From positions 1 through 61,320 of the forward strand of contig JBALDB010000034.1 of assembly GCA_036918135.1 (NCBI GenBank): DNA of 61,320 nt, in the 5' to 3' direction. Origin of the DNA: Nostoc sp. GTDB taxonomy: Bacteria > Cyanobacteriota > Cyanobacteriia > Cyanobacteriales > Nostocaceae. A program made the position numbers and the translations under genes. The notes under the pieces were generated by a model. It searched no databases, had not been told where the DNA came from, and was given only the letters and a program-made list of their open reading frames with translations. Within the stretch, counting starts at the first letter, position 1. Each line of letters begins with the position of its first letter. Of this stretch, positions 10,887 through 20,500 are shown piece by piece.

Positions 10887-11999
10887 ATGCCTGAAGACTC
10901 TGGCAAGTTTGCTGAAAAAATTGGTGCTTTTGCTGCCCCTGGTTCTCAAGTTAACATTGGCACTCAAATTATTGAAGGGCAGAAACAGTTAACTCCCACA
11001 AAATCTATCCCTCGCGGTTCCGTTCATTTCGTCGGGCGAGAAACAGAACTGACAATGCTGCATGAAGACTTGCAGCGCAAAGACTATGTAGCAATAGCCG
11101 GAATGGGTGGTGTGGGCAAAACTGAATTAGCTACCCAATACGCCAGACGATATCAACAAGATTATGGGGGCATTGCCTGGTTTAACGACAGAGAAACTAA
11201 TCTCGCCGCCGAAGTTTTAGAGTTTTTCCGGTTGCAGTTTGGTTTGGAGATTCCCCAAGAATTAACAGGCAGACTTTTAAGCCTTCAAGAACAAGTCGCC
11301 TGGTGTTGGTCTAGATATCCTAACTCTCCCTTGCCGATTTTAATCGTCTTCGATGACGTAACTGATTTAGACAACCTCCGCCAAGTCGTTCCCAATGATA
11401 ACCGCTTCCAAGTCTTAATTACTACTCGACCGCAACATTTAGACCCGAATTTTATTCACGAGATTCTCTTAGATGTTCTCTCGCCGCAAAAAGAACCAGG
11501 CAAAGCTTTAGAACTGTTAAAACAATTGTTGGGAGAAACAGATAAGCGAGTTGAAAACCAACTGCAAGCCGCAACCGCAATATGTGAATGTCTGGAATAT
11601 TTGCCTTTAGGGATAGAGTTAGTTGGAGGTTATTTGCTACGCGACCCGGACATATCTTTAGATATAATGTTTGGGCGATTGCAAGAACGTAAATTAGCAG
11701 AAGAAGCTTTACAAGACCGGGAAACTCTCAACTCAACTCAACTGGGAGTCAAAGCCGCCTTTGCTTTAACTTGGTCAGAACTTGACCCACTGGCGCAACA
11801 ATTAGGAATATTTTTGAGTTTATTTTCTCCTATACAGATTCTTTGGGATTTAGTTATTTGGGTAGCGACAGAAAGTCAAAAAGCAGAGGAGCAGGGGAGC
11901 AGGGGAGCAGAGGAGAAAAACAGCCCACAAACGAAAGTTTGTACAAATATTAAAGACGATATTAATTTTACCGTTTTCTCTGTTGTGGCGATTGGCTAA
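10887..11999 (+). pseudogene. NB-ARC/STAND NTPase (NLR-like), C-terminally truncated
   Basis: FVGRE, Walker A GMGGVGKT, Walker B LIVFDDV, LITTR, YLPLGI. The frame runs into a GCAGGGGA repeat and stops with no TPR region. Confidence 0.8.
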
Positions 12000-12082
12000 A
12001 AAATTAATTTGTAATTAAAAGAGCGAGTCTAGGCGATATTTGCAATCTACTAATTTTAAGCGATCGCTGTTCAATCAATACT

Positions 12083-12319
12083 GTGCTAGCTTCAGATAAA
12101 AAACAACTCGCTTTTGCTGTATCTGTTGAACGTTGTATATTAACCCACAACCGACTTGATTTTGAGAAATTACATACAAACTATTTAATAAATCATCAAT
12201 CTCATGCAGGTATTTTGATTGCTAAACGCAGAAATCCCTATGAAATTGCTGAAAGGATAGCAATTCTTCTCAATACTTTGACAGCAAACGAAATTTTTAA
12301 CCAGTTACTTTATGTATAG
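12083..12319 (+). pseudogene. PIN-like (DUF5615-type) protein fragment
   Basis: SDxxQLxFA…ILTHNRxDF…HAGILI; N-terminus missing. Confidence 0.6.
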
Positions 12320-12454
12320 CAATACAAAATAATTATGTGATTGAGAAACAATATAGCGGTTCTCGCTTGAATTCAGTACAATTCTTTCCTCTTTCATACA
12401 ATGAGAGAGAATTGGACTCGAATACCCAACTGAATTATCACAAGTGAATTTTGA

Positions 12455-13690
12455 TTAAAAATTTGCTTTTGGGACTTTTTTAATTTGCTCGGTAAAGTAT
12501 ACTTCTTGATGTTTGAGTTGTTGCGCCAGTTGTAACCCTTTTTGAAAAGCTGTTAGTGCTTGAGGATATTGTTTGCGTTGTAAATACAATTGCCCAATTT
12601 CGTCATAAGCTTGCATTACCTCGTAAAAGTTGGCGGCTTGGGTTTGTGTATCTACAAGAATTTGGCTAGCCTCTAAAGCCTCATCTATTTGTCCTTGGGA
12701 ACGGTACAATGCAATTATCTTCTGCAAAGCTTCACCAGCACGAACAAACTCTTGTAATTGCCAAGCAGTGGTATAAGCTTCTTGATAATTCTTAAAAGCC
12801 TCTACCAGTAAACTAGGATCTGTCTTTCCTAGAGATTCGTAATCTGAAGCGATCGCTAGCTTTAAATCTGGTATTTTAATGAGATTATTTTCATTAGTGT
12901 AAATTTGTACTAATTGGTTAAGCACATTTATTGACTGTTGCGGTTGTTGTGTCTGCGCGTAAATCTCTGCTAATTGTTGCAGATATGTGACCTCGTTTAC
13001 AGATCCCCCCTGGGAGGTATCTAAACTCAACAATTCCTCGTAGACTGGTGCAGCTTGACGATAATCAAACCAACTCAGATGCAATTCTCCAATTGTTTTG
13101 AGAGTTTCTACTAATGCTGCGGTATCTTTTCGTTGTCGGACAGCTAGCAAAACTTGGTTATAAGCTTCCACAGCCTGTTTAGGCGATCGCACATTTTGGT
13201 AAGCTTGACCTAGCGCTCGCCATAATTCTAAATCAATTTCACCAGATTTTTTCTCTTGTTGGGTTTGCTTTTGAATTGCTTGCAATCGTTGAGTAATATA
13301 TACTACTTCTTGACGGTCATTTTGATTCCAAGCGATCGCACCGACTCGTGATAATGCTTGCACTTCTGCTAAAGAACCCAAAAAGCGCCGCAAGCGGAGT
13401 TCTCGGTTCCAAATTTCAAAGGCCGCCATCTCATCCCCTGCTTCCAGTTTCGCCGCAGCTTGTTGGTTTAACTCATCTAATGCTGGTTCTAACCTTTGCC
13501 GTTCTTGGGGAGTTAAGGGTAACGGCTTTTTATCCTTGGGCGATCGTGGTAAAAGTGGATCGGGTGTCGTAAATTCTAGCGGACTAGGAGGAAATTTATC
13601 TGGTGGTTTGGGCTTTTTAGTTTCTGCTAGCGCCAAAGAACTGCTAAAAAGTATACTAATAGTAACAATGATAATTAAGCGCTGTAGCAT
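12455..13690 (-). CDS. Exported tetratricopeptide-repeat protein
   Basis: Signal peptide (MLQRLIIIVTISILFSSSLALA) followed by TPR-like helices. Confidence 0.8.
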   Translation of the reverse strand: MLQRLIIIVTISILFSSSLALAETKKPKPPDKFPPSPLEFTTPDPLLPRSPKDKKPLPLTPQERQRLEPALDELNQQAAAKLEAGDEMAAFEIWNRELRLRRFLGSLAEVQALSRVGAIAWNQNDRQEVVYITQRLQAIQKQTQQEKKSGEIDLELWRALGQAYQNVRSPKQAVEAYNQVLLAVRQRKDTAALVETLKTIGELHLSWFDYRQAAPVYEELLSLDTSQGGSVNEVTYLQQLAEIYAQTQQPQQSINVLNQLVQIYTNENNLIKIPDLKLAIASDYESLGKTDPSLLVEAFKNYQEAYTTAWQLQEFVRAGEALQKIIALYRSQGQIDEALEASQILVDTQTQAANFYEVMQAYDEIGQLYLQRKQYPQALTAFQKGLQLAQQLKHQEVYFTEQIKKVPKANF

Positions 13691-13910
13691 AGTAACTTTA
13701 CCTTCTTGAATCGGAAATTGGCTAAACAGGGCATTGGGCATTGATATTTATGTTAATCTCCCATAACTTACTATTTCCTGCTCTCAACCCTGCCAACTTG
13801 TTTGACGCATAAAAGATTAACAATTATCCCACTCTTTACTTGCCATTCCACCATTAGCAAGGTCTACAATACTTCAAGATAATTTTTAAACAACTAATTG
13901 TTTATCTGTA

Positions 13911-14501
13911 ATGACTCATTCTACTGATATAGCAACTTTAGCCCGCTGGATGTCCGCTGACTTTAGCAATCAAGAACAAGCTTTTGAAAATCCGCCTTTT
14001 TATGCCCACATTCGTGTTTGTATCCGTCCTTTACCGTGGGAATTGTTCTCAGGCGTCAGCTTGTTTCTCGAACAAGCTTATGATTTCATGCTCAATCAAC
14101 CCTACCGAATGCGGGTGATGAACTTGATCGAGTCAGATAACCACATTATCATCGAACACTACACACTCAAAGAAGAACAAAAATTTTACGGCGCATCCCG
14201 TGACCCGGAACGTCTAAAAGTTTTATCCGTCGATCAATTAGAAAAAATGTCAGGTTGCAATATGGTTGTAGAGTGGACAGGTGATAGCTTCAAAGGGAAG
14301 GTTGAACCTGGTAAAGGCTGTATTGTCGTTCGTGATGGTAAAAATACTTATCTTGATAACGAATTTGAGATTGACGCTAAAGAATTTTTCAGTCTCGACC
14401 GGGGAAGGGACTTAGACACCGATGAACGTCTCTGGGGTTCTATAGCCGGGCCATTTCACTTTCTGCGGTGGAGTAATTTTGCTGATGAAGTGAAAGTATA
14501 A
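13911..14501 (+). CDS. cpcT: Phycobiliprotein chromophore lyase, CpcT/CpeT family
   Basis: DFSNQEQAFENPPFYAHI, EQAY…PYR, SLDRG…LWGS. Confidence 0.92.
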   Translation: MTHSTDIATLARWMSADFSNQEQAFENPPFYAHIRVCIRPLPWELFSGVSLFLEQAYDFMLNQPYRMRVMNLIESDNHIIIEHYTLKEEQKFYGASRDPERLKVLSVDQLEKMSGCNMVVEWTGDSFKGKVEPGKGCIVVRDGKNTYLDNEFEIDAKEFFSLDRGRDLDTDERLWGSIAGPFHFLRWSNFADEVKV

Positions 14502-14742
14502 CCAGCTAGGAGTGAGGAGTGAGGAATTAAAACTCATACCTTGCTTGTAGCAGTTGCGATCGCATAATCATAATTAATAGACAACTACTAACTGAGTCTT
14601 TTAAATACTGTATTGGGCTTATGATGTATTGATTGCACTCAGCTAGTATATAATCTCTAGCCTAGTCAAAAACTAGAAAATTTATTCACTCAAAGGATGG
14701 AAATTTAGATAAAAGATTGGTAACATAGTAATTCATTGGTGT

Positions 14743-14814
<72 letters not shown>

Positions 14815-14843
14815 TTAAGGAAATCAAGCATTAGAAGCATTGC

Positions 14844-14877
14844 AGGGACGGGTTTGGCGCTCGTCCCTTACTTTTTT
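14844..14877 (+). terminator. Intrinsic terminator after tRNA-Cys
   Basis: AGGGACG…CGTCCCT stem followed by a T run. Confidence 0.6.
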
Positions 14878-14992
14878 GGGGTAAAACTGGGGTAAAAATT
14901 AGCAGTCAATTAACTGCTTTTTGCCTTGCCAAACATTGCCATTTTTTGTCGTATTATGACAAAAGTTGTCACATTTTTTGTTACGTTTTGGC

Positions 14993-16120
14993 ATGGACGA
15001 TCCACTAGATAAGAAGATTCAGCAAGCGAACGAGCAACTGAAAAAGAAGTGTGCAAAAGTCATAATACATAGAAGAGTCAATTACCTGTGGTTAAGGGGA
15101 ACGCTACCACCTAAACCACACATTGCCAAAGATAAAGATTATTCTCAGTTCGTGTCCTTAGGGAAGAATGCGATCGCTTCTGAGAAGGGAATACAATACG
15201 CCGTTACCAAAGCTCATTTACTTACTGCTCAGCTGCTTGCAGGAACTTTTGATTGGGCAGAATGGATTGATTTAGATAAGGTTGCTCCCACCAGAATCGA
15301 GGCCCGTAAGGTGCGAGACTGGTGCGCGGAGTACGAAAAAAACTACTGGCGGCGAGTCAAAAAAACGCCAGATAGAGAGGGGAACTGGAAAAAAGACCAC
15401 GGCTTGGTCTTCTCCAAACTGCGGCAAGACGAGCCGCTGAGTCTCCAAGTTTTGCTCGACTACATCGAAACGACCGAGCCAGACAGCAGACCCAGGAAGC
15501 GAGCTTGCGATTACTGCTACAAGTTGGCAGAATTTGCTGGACTAGAAGGCAGGGAAGAAATCAAAAAACTTACTGGCAATTATTCAGCCAAATCTGTCGA
15601 TCCGCGTACTCTTCCTAGCGATCTAGAAATTTTTGATTTTTGCAACAGCATTCAAGACCCTAACTGGCAGTGGGTCGTGCGGATGCTTGCAACTTACGGA
15701 CTGAGGAACTACGAACCGTTTCGGCTTTCGATGGCAGATTTCCCTACAATTCGCCTTGAAGCTGGCAAAACAGGCAAGCGGATTATCGTCCCACTCTATC
15801 CTGAGTGGGCAGAGTCTTGGAGCTTACAAAATGTTTGCTTGCCGAACATCGACACCAGCTTTACAAATTCCAAAATCGGCACTAAAGTTTCTGGCTGGTT
15901 CTTTGACTGCAAAGCGCCATTTAGTGCTTACAACCTCAGACACTGCTACGCCCGCCGCTGCTTTGAATTCAATATCGCTCCCGATCGGGCGGCAAAATTC
16001 ATGGGACATTCTCTCTCGGTGCATTTACAAGTGTACCGAGCCTGGTTCGACGAATCAGTTTATTTAGCTGACTATCAAAGGGCGATCGCCAAGGTTGATA
16101 GACCATTACCCCCTACTTAA
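14993..16120 (+). CDS. Tyrosine recombinase / phage integrase
   Basis: Catalytic motifs TYGLR, KTG, YNLRH, MGH…VY; N-terminal LRGTLPPKP; directly after the tRNA. Confidence 0.92.
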   Translation: MDDPLDKKIQQANEQLKKKCAKVIIHRRVNYLWLRGTLPPKPHIAKDKDYSQFVSLGKNAIASEKGIQYAVTKAHLLTAQLLAGTFDWAEWIDLDKVAPTRIEARKVRDWCAEYEKNYWRRVKKTPDREGNWKKDHGLVFSKLRQDEPLSLQVLLDYIETTEPDSRPRKRACDYCYKLAEFAGLEGREEIKKLTGNYSAKSVDPRTLPSDLEIFDFCNSIQDPNWQWVVRMLATYGLRNYEPFRLSMADFPTIRLEAGKTGKRIIVPLYPEWAESWSLQNVCLPNIDTSFTNSKIGTKVSGWFFDCKAPFSAYNLRHCYARRCFEFNIAPDRAAKFMGHSLSVHLQVYRAWFDESVYLADYQRAIAKVDRPLPPT

Positions 16121-16201
16121 AACTTACGGTTTGCTCTTAAGCACTTTCTGACCGATGAAAAAAGGCTTTCAGGCTGAATTCGCCGTTTATATGGATTTGC
16201 T

Positions 16202-16681
16202 TTAAAGCACATTCAGTTCTTGCATCAGAGCATTATTTATTTGGTGAGCTTCAAGTGGAGAACGTTCAACTACTTCAAAGGCTTGCTGCACCAAATCTCT
16301 AACTTTCTCTGGCAACGAATCAAACTTTTTTGAATTGAGTACGACAATGCGGCAGCCTGGATAAGGCAAGAAATCAGCGAATGGTTTTATTCCCAATGTA
16401 ATCAGAGTTTTGCTAAGTCCTGCAATCGGATGATAGGGCTTTTGGTTGTCTTCAGTACGGTTGATTTCTGACGCTATGTAGCCACAAAACCAACCTTGGG
16501 TGTCAATATCTTTCTCCAATGCAGCAAAAACGCCTATCATTACTTGTTGGCTGATACTCGAAGGTGCATTATCAAAAATACTGTCCAATTTTTCTGGGCT
16601 GCGTTGTTGACAGTAGCCGACTGCATATTCAACAAGCTTTCCGAGTTTGGACAGTTGAGGTTGCCCAAATCCTTTTGCCAT
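16202..16681 (-). CDS. Hypothetical protein
   Basis: 159-aa ORF preceded by GGAGG; begins MAKGFG. Confidence 0.65.
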   Translation of the reverse strand: MAKGFGQPQLSKLGKLVEYAVGYCQQRSPEKLDSIFDNAPSSISQQVMIGVFAALEKDIDTQGWFCGYIASEINRTEDNQKPYHPIAGLSKTLITLGIKPFADFLPYPGCRIVVLNSKKFDSLPEKVRDLVQQAFEVVERSPLEAHQINNALMQELNVL

Positions 16682-16704
16682 ATTCGTACCTCCACTTTCA
16701 AGAC

Positions 16705-16935
16705 TTAACTATTTATTTCGATCAGGTCTTGTTTAATTGCAGGCAGGTAGATTTTGATGATTCCCTCTGTACCGCCAGTGCGAAAGTAGTGAGTGCCTTG
16801 CTTGTAAATGCCATCAGCAATTTTCCTTCTAATAGTTCTTGGGCTATATCCTTTTCCCATCTCGTCGTGTACCTGTTTTAAAGTCAGCAACTTCGACTCG
16901 TCGATATCGTTAGGTTTTAACTTAACTTTTGGCAT
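16705..16935 (-). CDS. Excisionase-like (MerR/Xis-type) HTH protein
   Basis: Small basic protein LLTLKQV…SPRTIRRKIADG…HYFR, near the integrase. Confidence 0.6.
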   Translation of the reverse strand: MPKVKLKPNDIDESKLLTLKQVHDEMGKGYSPRTIRRKIADGIYKQGTHYFRTGGTEGIIKIYLPAIKQDLIEINS

Positions 16936-17071
16936 AAAATGGCGCAAAACGCTTCTTTTCAATTGTAACTTTTAAGTGACATTTGAAACTTACAAGATTC
17001 ATAAGATAGCAATTTAGGTTTTTTGTAACTATTTGTCTGGATAATATTCAGGAAAATTTTCCTGCTCCTCT

Positions 17072-17554
17072 TCACACTGCAAATTTCTCTATTTCCTGAA
17101 AAGAAAGGTGAGCGATTCTTTTATCTCCTGCCTTGTCAAATTCTGGTTCCCCAACAAACCAGACGTGAAATTGAGCAAAATAGGAAACGTGGCTTGCACC
17201 CACCATTACCTCGCTAGTACCGGGAGCAATTACCCTAGTTCTGGGCGATCGCTCCTGATACTCTCGCACCTTATCAATTAAAGTAATTTCAGTATTTGTT
17301 TGAGGTAACTGCCTGCGTCTTGCGTCGGATTCATGATACATTGCCCCCAGGATACGCATATCCTGTTCTGTACAGTAAACGCTGAAAGTCCACAGATGCG
17401 GTTGCTCAAAAACTGGCCCATCGCCAATGCCATTTCCATTGGCTGAATATTCTAATTTTCCCCCGTCAATAGCTCTAGCTCTGGGGAATTTTGGGTCTAG
17501 AAAATTGCTAAAACTAATACAAAGGCTATCTAATATTAAAGTGATACCGCTCAT
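17072..17554 (-). CDS. Putative distal tail protein
   Basis: Overlaps the tape-measure stop codon; 160 aa, beta-rich; positional call. Confidence 0.5.
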   Translation of the reverse strand: MSGITLILDSLCISFSNFLDPKFPRARAIDGGKLEYSANGNGIGDGPVFEQPHLWTFSVYCTEQDMRILGAMYHESDARRRQLPQTNTEITLIDKVREYQERSPRTRVIAPGTSEVMVGASHVSYFAQFHVWFVGEPEFDKAGDKRIAHLSFQEIEKFAV

Positions 17555-20500
17555 ATATTCGCACTCCTGACGGCATTTTTAGAGACGTTGCTGTAGATAT
17601 CTGCGGCATCGCTTACAGGGTTAGCAGTGGTGACATTAAGTGCAGATGGACGAGAAGCGATCGCTGTTAAATTACCGTTCATTTTTTGGAGTTCGGTCAC
17701 TACATCTTTGTTTTGTAGCTTGCTAGAATCTATTGGCGTGGCGCTATTCATTCCCTGAATTTGCTTACTCCATTTTGCCAAGTCATCCAAACCGTTACCG
17801 GGGTTGATTGGAGTATTAGAAAAATTGGGCGGTGACAAATCTCGTGCCGAGAGCGGTTTAGTAAAGGGATCGGGGGCAGCGCTTTGACTGACGGGACTGG
17901 AATAATTACTGTTTTTAGGAGGAGTAACCTCCTTGGTCTTGGACTCTTTTGGAGCAACGTATGTGGGAGAGGTTCCGTTTGCATCTGAAGCCGTTGCTTT
18001 TTCCTGATTTGCTTTGATCTGGGACTCTCTTTCTCGGTCTGCTTTTTCAGCTGATTCACGTTCAGCTTTTGCAGCAGATTCAATTCGGGCAAGTTCCTTG
18101 GCCCTTGCTTCTGCAATTTCCAAAGCCGCTGCTTGGTCTTGTGCTGCATGGGCTGCCTCGCGCTGTGCTTGTGCCCCTTCTTGTTGTGCTGCGAGCGCCT
18201 TGCGGGCATTATCTGCCAATTCAGCTTGCATTTCGACACTGCGTTTAGCAGCATCAATGCTTTTAGCAGCGACTTCCTTAGATAAATCTGCAACTTTTAT
18301 GTCAGATTGAGCTGAAGCGATCGCATTTTTATCGCCCAATTGTTGGGCTTTTTCCAAGTTTGCCTTAGCTTGAATTTGGGCTTGACTGGCTTTAGAATCG
18401 AGAATTTGAGCTTCGAGAAGGGCAATTTCTGCTGTTAATTTGGATCTATTTAATTCAATATCCAATAAAGTCCGAGCAGCCTTTTCCTCACGCAAAGCCG
18501 CAGCATTTTGTTCTTCGGCGAGTTGGTTTTGTAATTTACGCCGTTCGGTTAAAATATCGGCTTCTGAAGTGTTAGCAAATCCCGAGGCTTTTAATTGAGC
18601 ATTAAGTACTGACGCTACACCCGGGTCTAAATTAGGGTCACTATCAAGTTTGCGGCGTGCTTCTACCGCCCGATCCAATGAGGCAAGCTTGCCCTGTCCC
18701 TTTACTTCATTGAGTCCGGCGATCGCTTTTTGAAGATTAAGTTGGCTCTCCAGCAAATCCTTATCTTGTTGTAAGGTTTGCAGCAGACTATTTCGAGCAT
18801 CCTTTTCTTGCTCTAAGAAATTCAATGTCTGGTCAAAAGCTATTTTTTCAGCATCAGCCCGTTCTTGAATTCCTTTAATCGCCTCATCTCTAAGCCGATT
18901 AAACTCGCCAATTTGCTGGTCTATCAGTTCTATATTTTTTTGGGAAATTTGTACTTCTAAAGCAGTCCGGCGATCAGCAGCATCTTTAGCTGATATAACT
19001 TTATTTTTTTCCAGCCGATCGACATCAGCAGCCTGTTTTTCTAATAACTGAAGTTGTTGCGCGGTTGAATCTCTTGTAATAGCCGCCAATTGTCCGGCAG
19101 CTTCAATGCGGGCTTTGTCCGTATCACCAGCAGCCAATTGCGCCTGCTTTGCTATCAAAATCCGTTGATTATAACTCAAGGTGATACTAGCTTCAGCCGC
19201 TTTATTGGTGCGTTCTAAATCCGCTAAAATCTCAGCATTGGCTTGTTTTCGTGCTTCAACTTCTTTATCAACCTGCTGAAGAGTTAAATCAGTTACTCGT
19301 TTTTCAATTTCACCTCGTCGAGTGGCAGCTTCTTCTTTGGTAACGAGTTTTTTAGCTTCTAGCTGACTAACTTGAACGTATTCTTTATTGGCTAAAGCAA
19401 TTTTTTCATCAATAGCTTGTTGCTCAATTGCTAATATTTTTTTAGCGGCAGCTTCAGCATCAACAGTGCCATCAGCTTCTTGTTTCTTAACACTAACAGT
19501 TGCTTTGGTAGTTTTGATATCAACAGAAGCTAACTTTCTAGCATTGACTTTATCAATTGCTTTTAGTTCGCGCTCTCGAGCCTTTTCTTCGGCTTGTATT
19601 TCCTCCTCAATATTTTTGAGTTTTAGATTTTTCAGATTGGTATTAATTTCTGCTTCCTGTTTGGCGAAGTCTTGAGCGGTAATCGCGTTACGCTCCCTCA
19701 AGGCTTTAACACGTTTTAATTTATCTTCCTCAGAAGTAATTTCACTTTTGATACTTGCAACCTTAGTTTCGGCTATTTGTTGGGCTGCTTGTTCGCTGGA
19801 AATAACCCCCTTAAGTTCTAACTCTCGAATGCCAGTAATTTTGTCAGTTTCAATATTTAAAATGTTTCTGGCAGAAGCTTTGGCGACGGTATCTTCATTT
19901 TTTAGAGCTTCTTCATTGGCTGCTTTTTTTTGAGAAACTAAATTTTGAGCAATCTGCGATCGCAAGTTCGCGCTTTCGCCTTCTAGTTCTTTAATTTTAT
20001 TATTAACTTTTTCAACTTCTTCGGGCTTTGCTCCTACTTTAGCTGCCTCTAATTTGGGAATTTCAGTAGCTATTAATTGCTTTCTATCTTCTAACCCCTT
20101 CTTCTCAGCTTCAAGTATTTTGCTATTAGCTTGTTCTTGGGTAATAACCCCATTAGCTAATTCTTCATTAATAGCTGCCTTTTTAGTGTCAGTAGCAACA
20201 GCAATATCTTTCGACGATTTATCATAAGCTTTTCCCAAAGCTTCGACATCAAGAATTAAATCTTTTAAGGATTGAGAATTATTTTTATTGGCATCAGTAT
20301 CAGACTCAACTTGTAAAACTCGTTTTCTTAAAGCTTGCTTTTGAGCCTCTAAATTCTGAATATTTGCATTAATTAACTGCTGCTGTTCTATGGTGGGAGC
20401 TTTTTGAGATTTCAGGGTATCAATGTAGTTATCTAATACCTTAATTTGGTCAGAAGCTTCTTGCTTGAATTTCTTAATCCCCTCAGCACCCAACCGCTGT

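Noticed and set aside
12455..13741. TPR gene as the missing sensor of the truncated NLR
   Set aside because: It is on the opposite strand, has a signal peptide, and is separated by a PIN fragment.
14993..16120. XisA/XisC-type heterocyst excision element
   Set aside because: It sits at a tRNA beside phage genes and interrupts no nif or hup gene.
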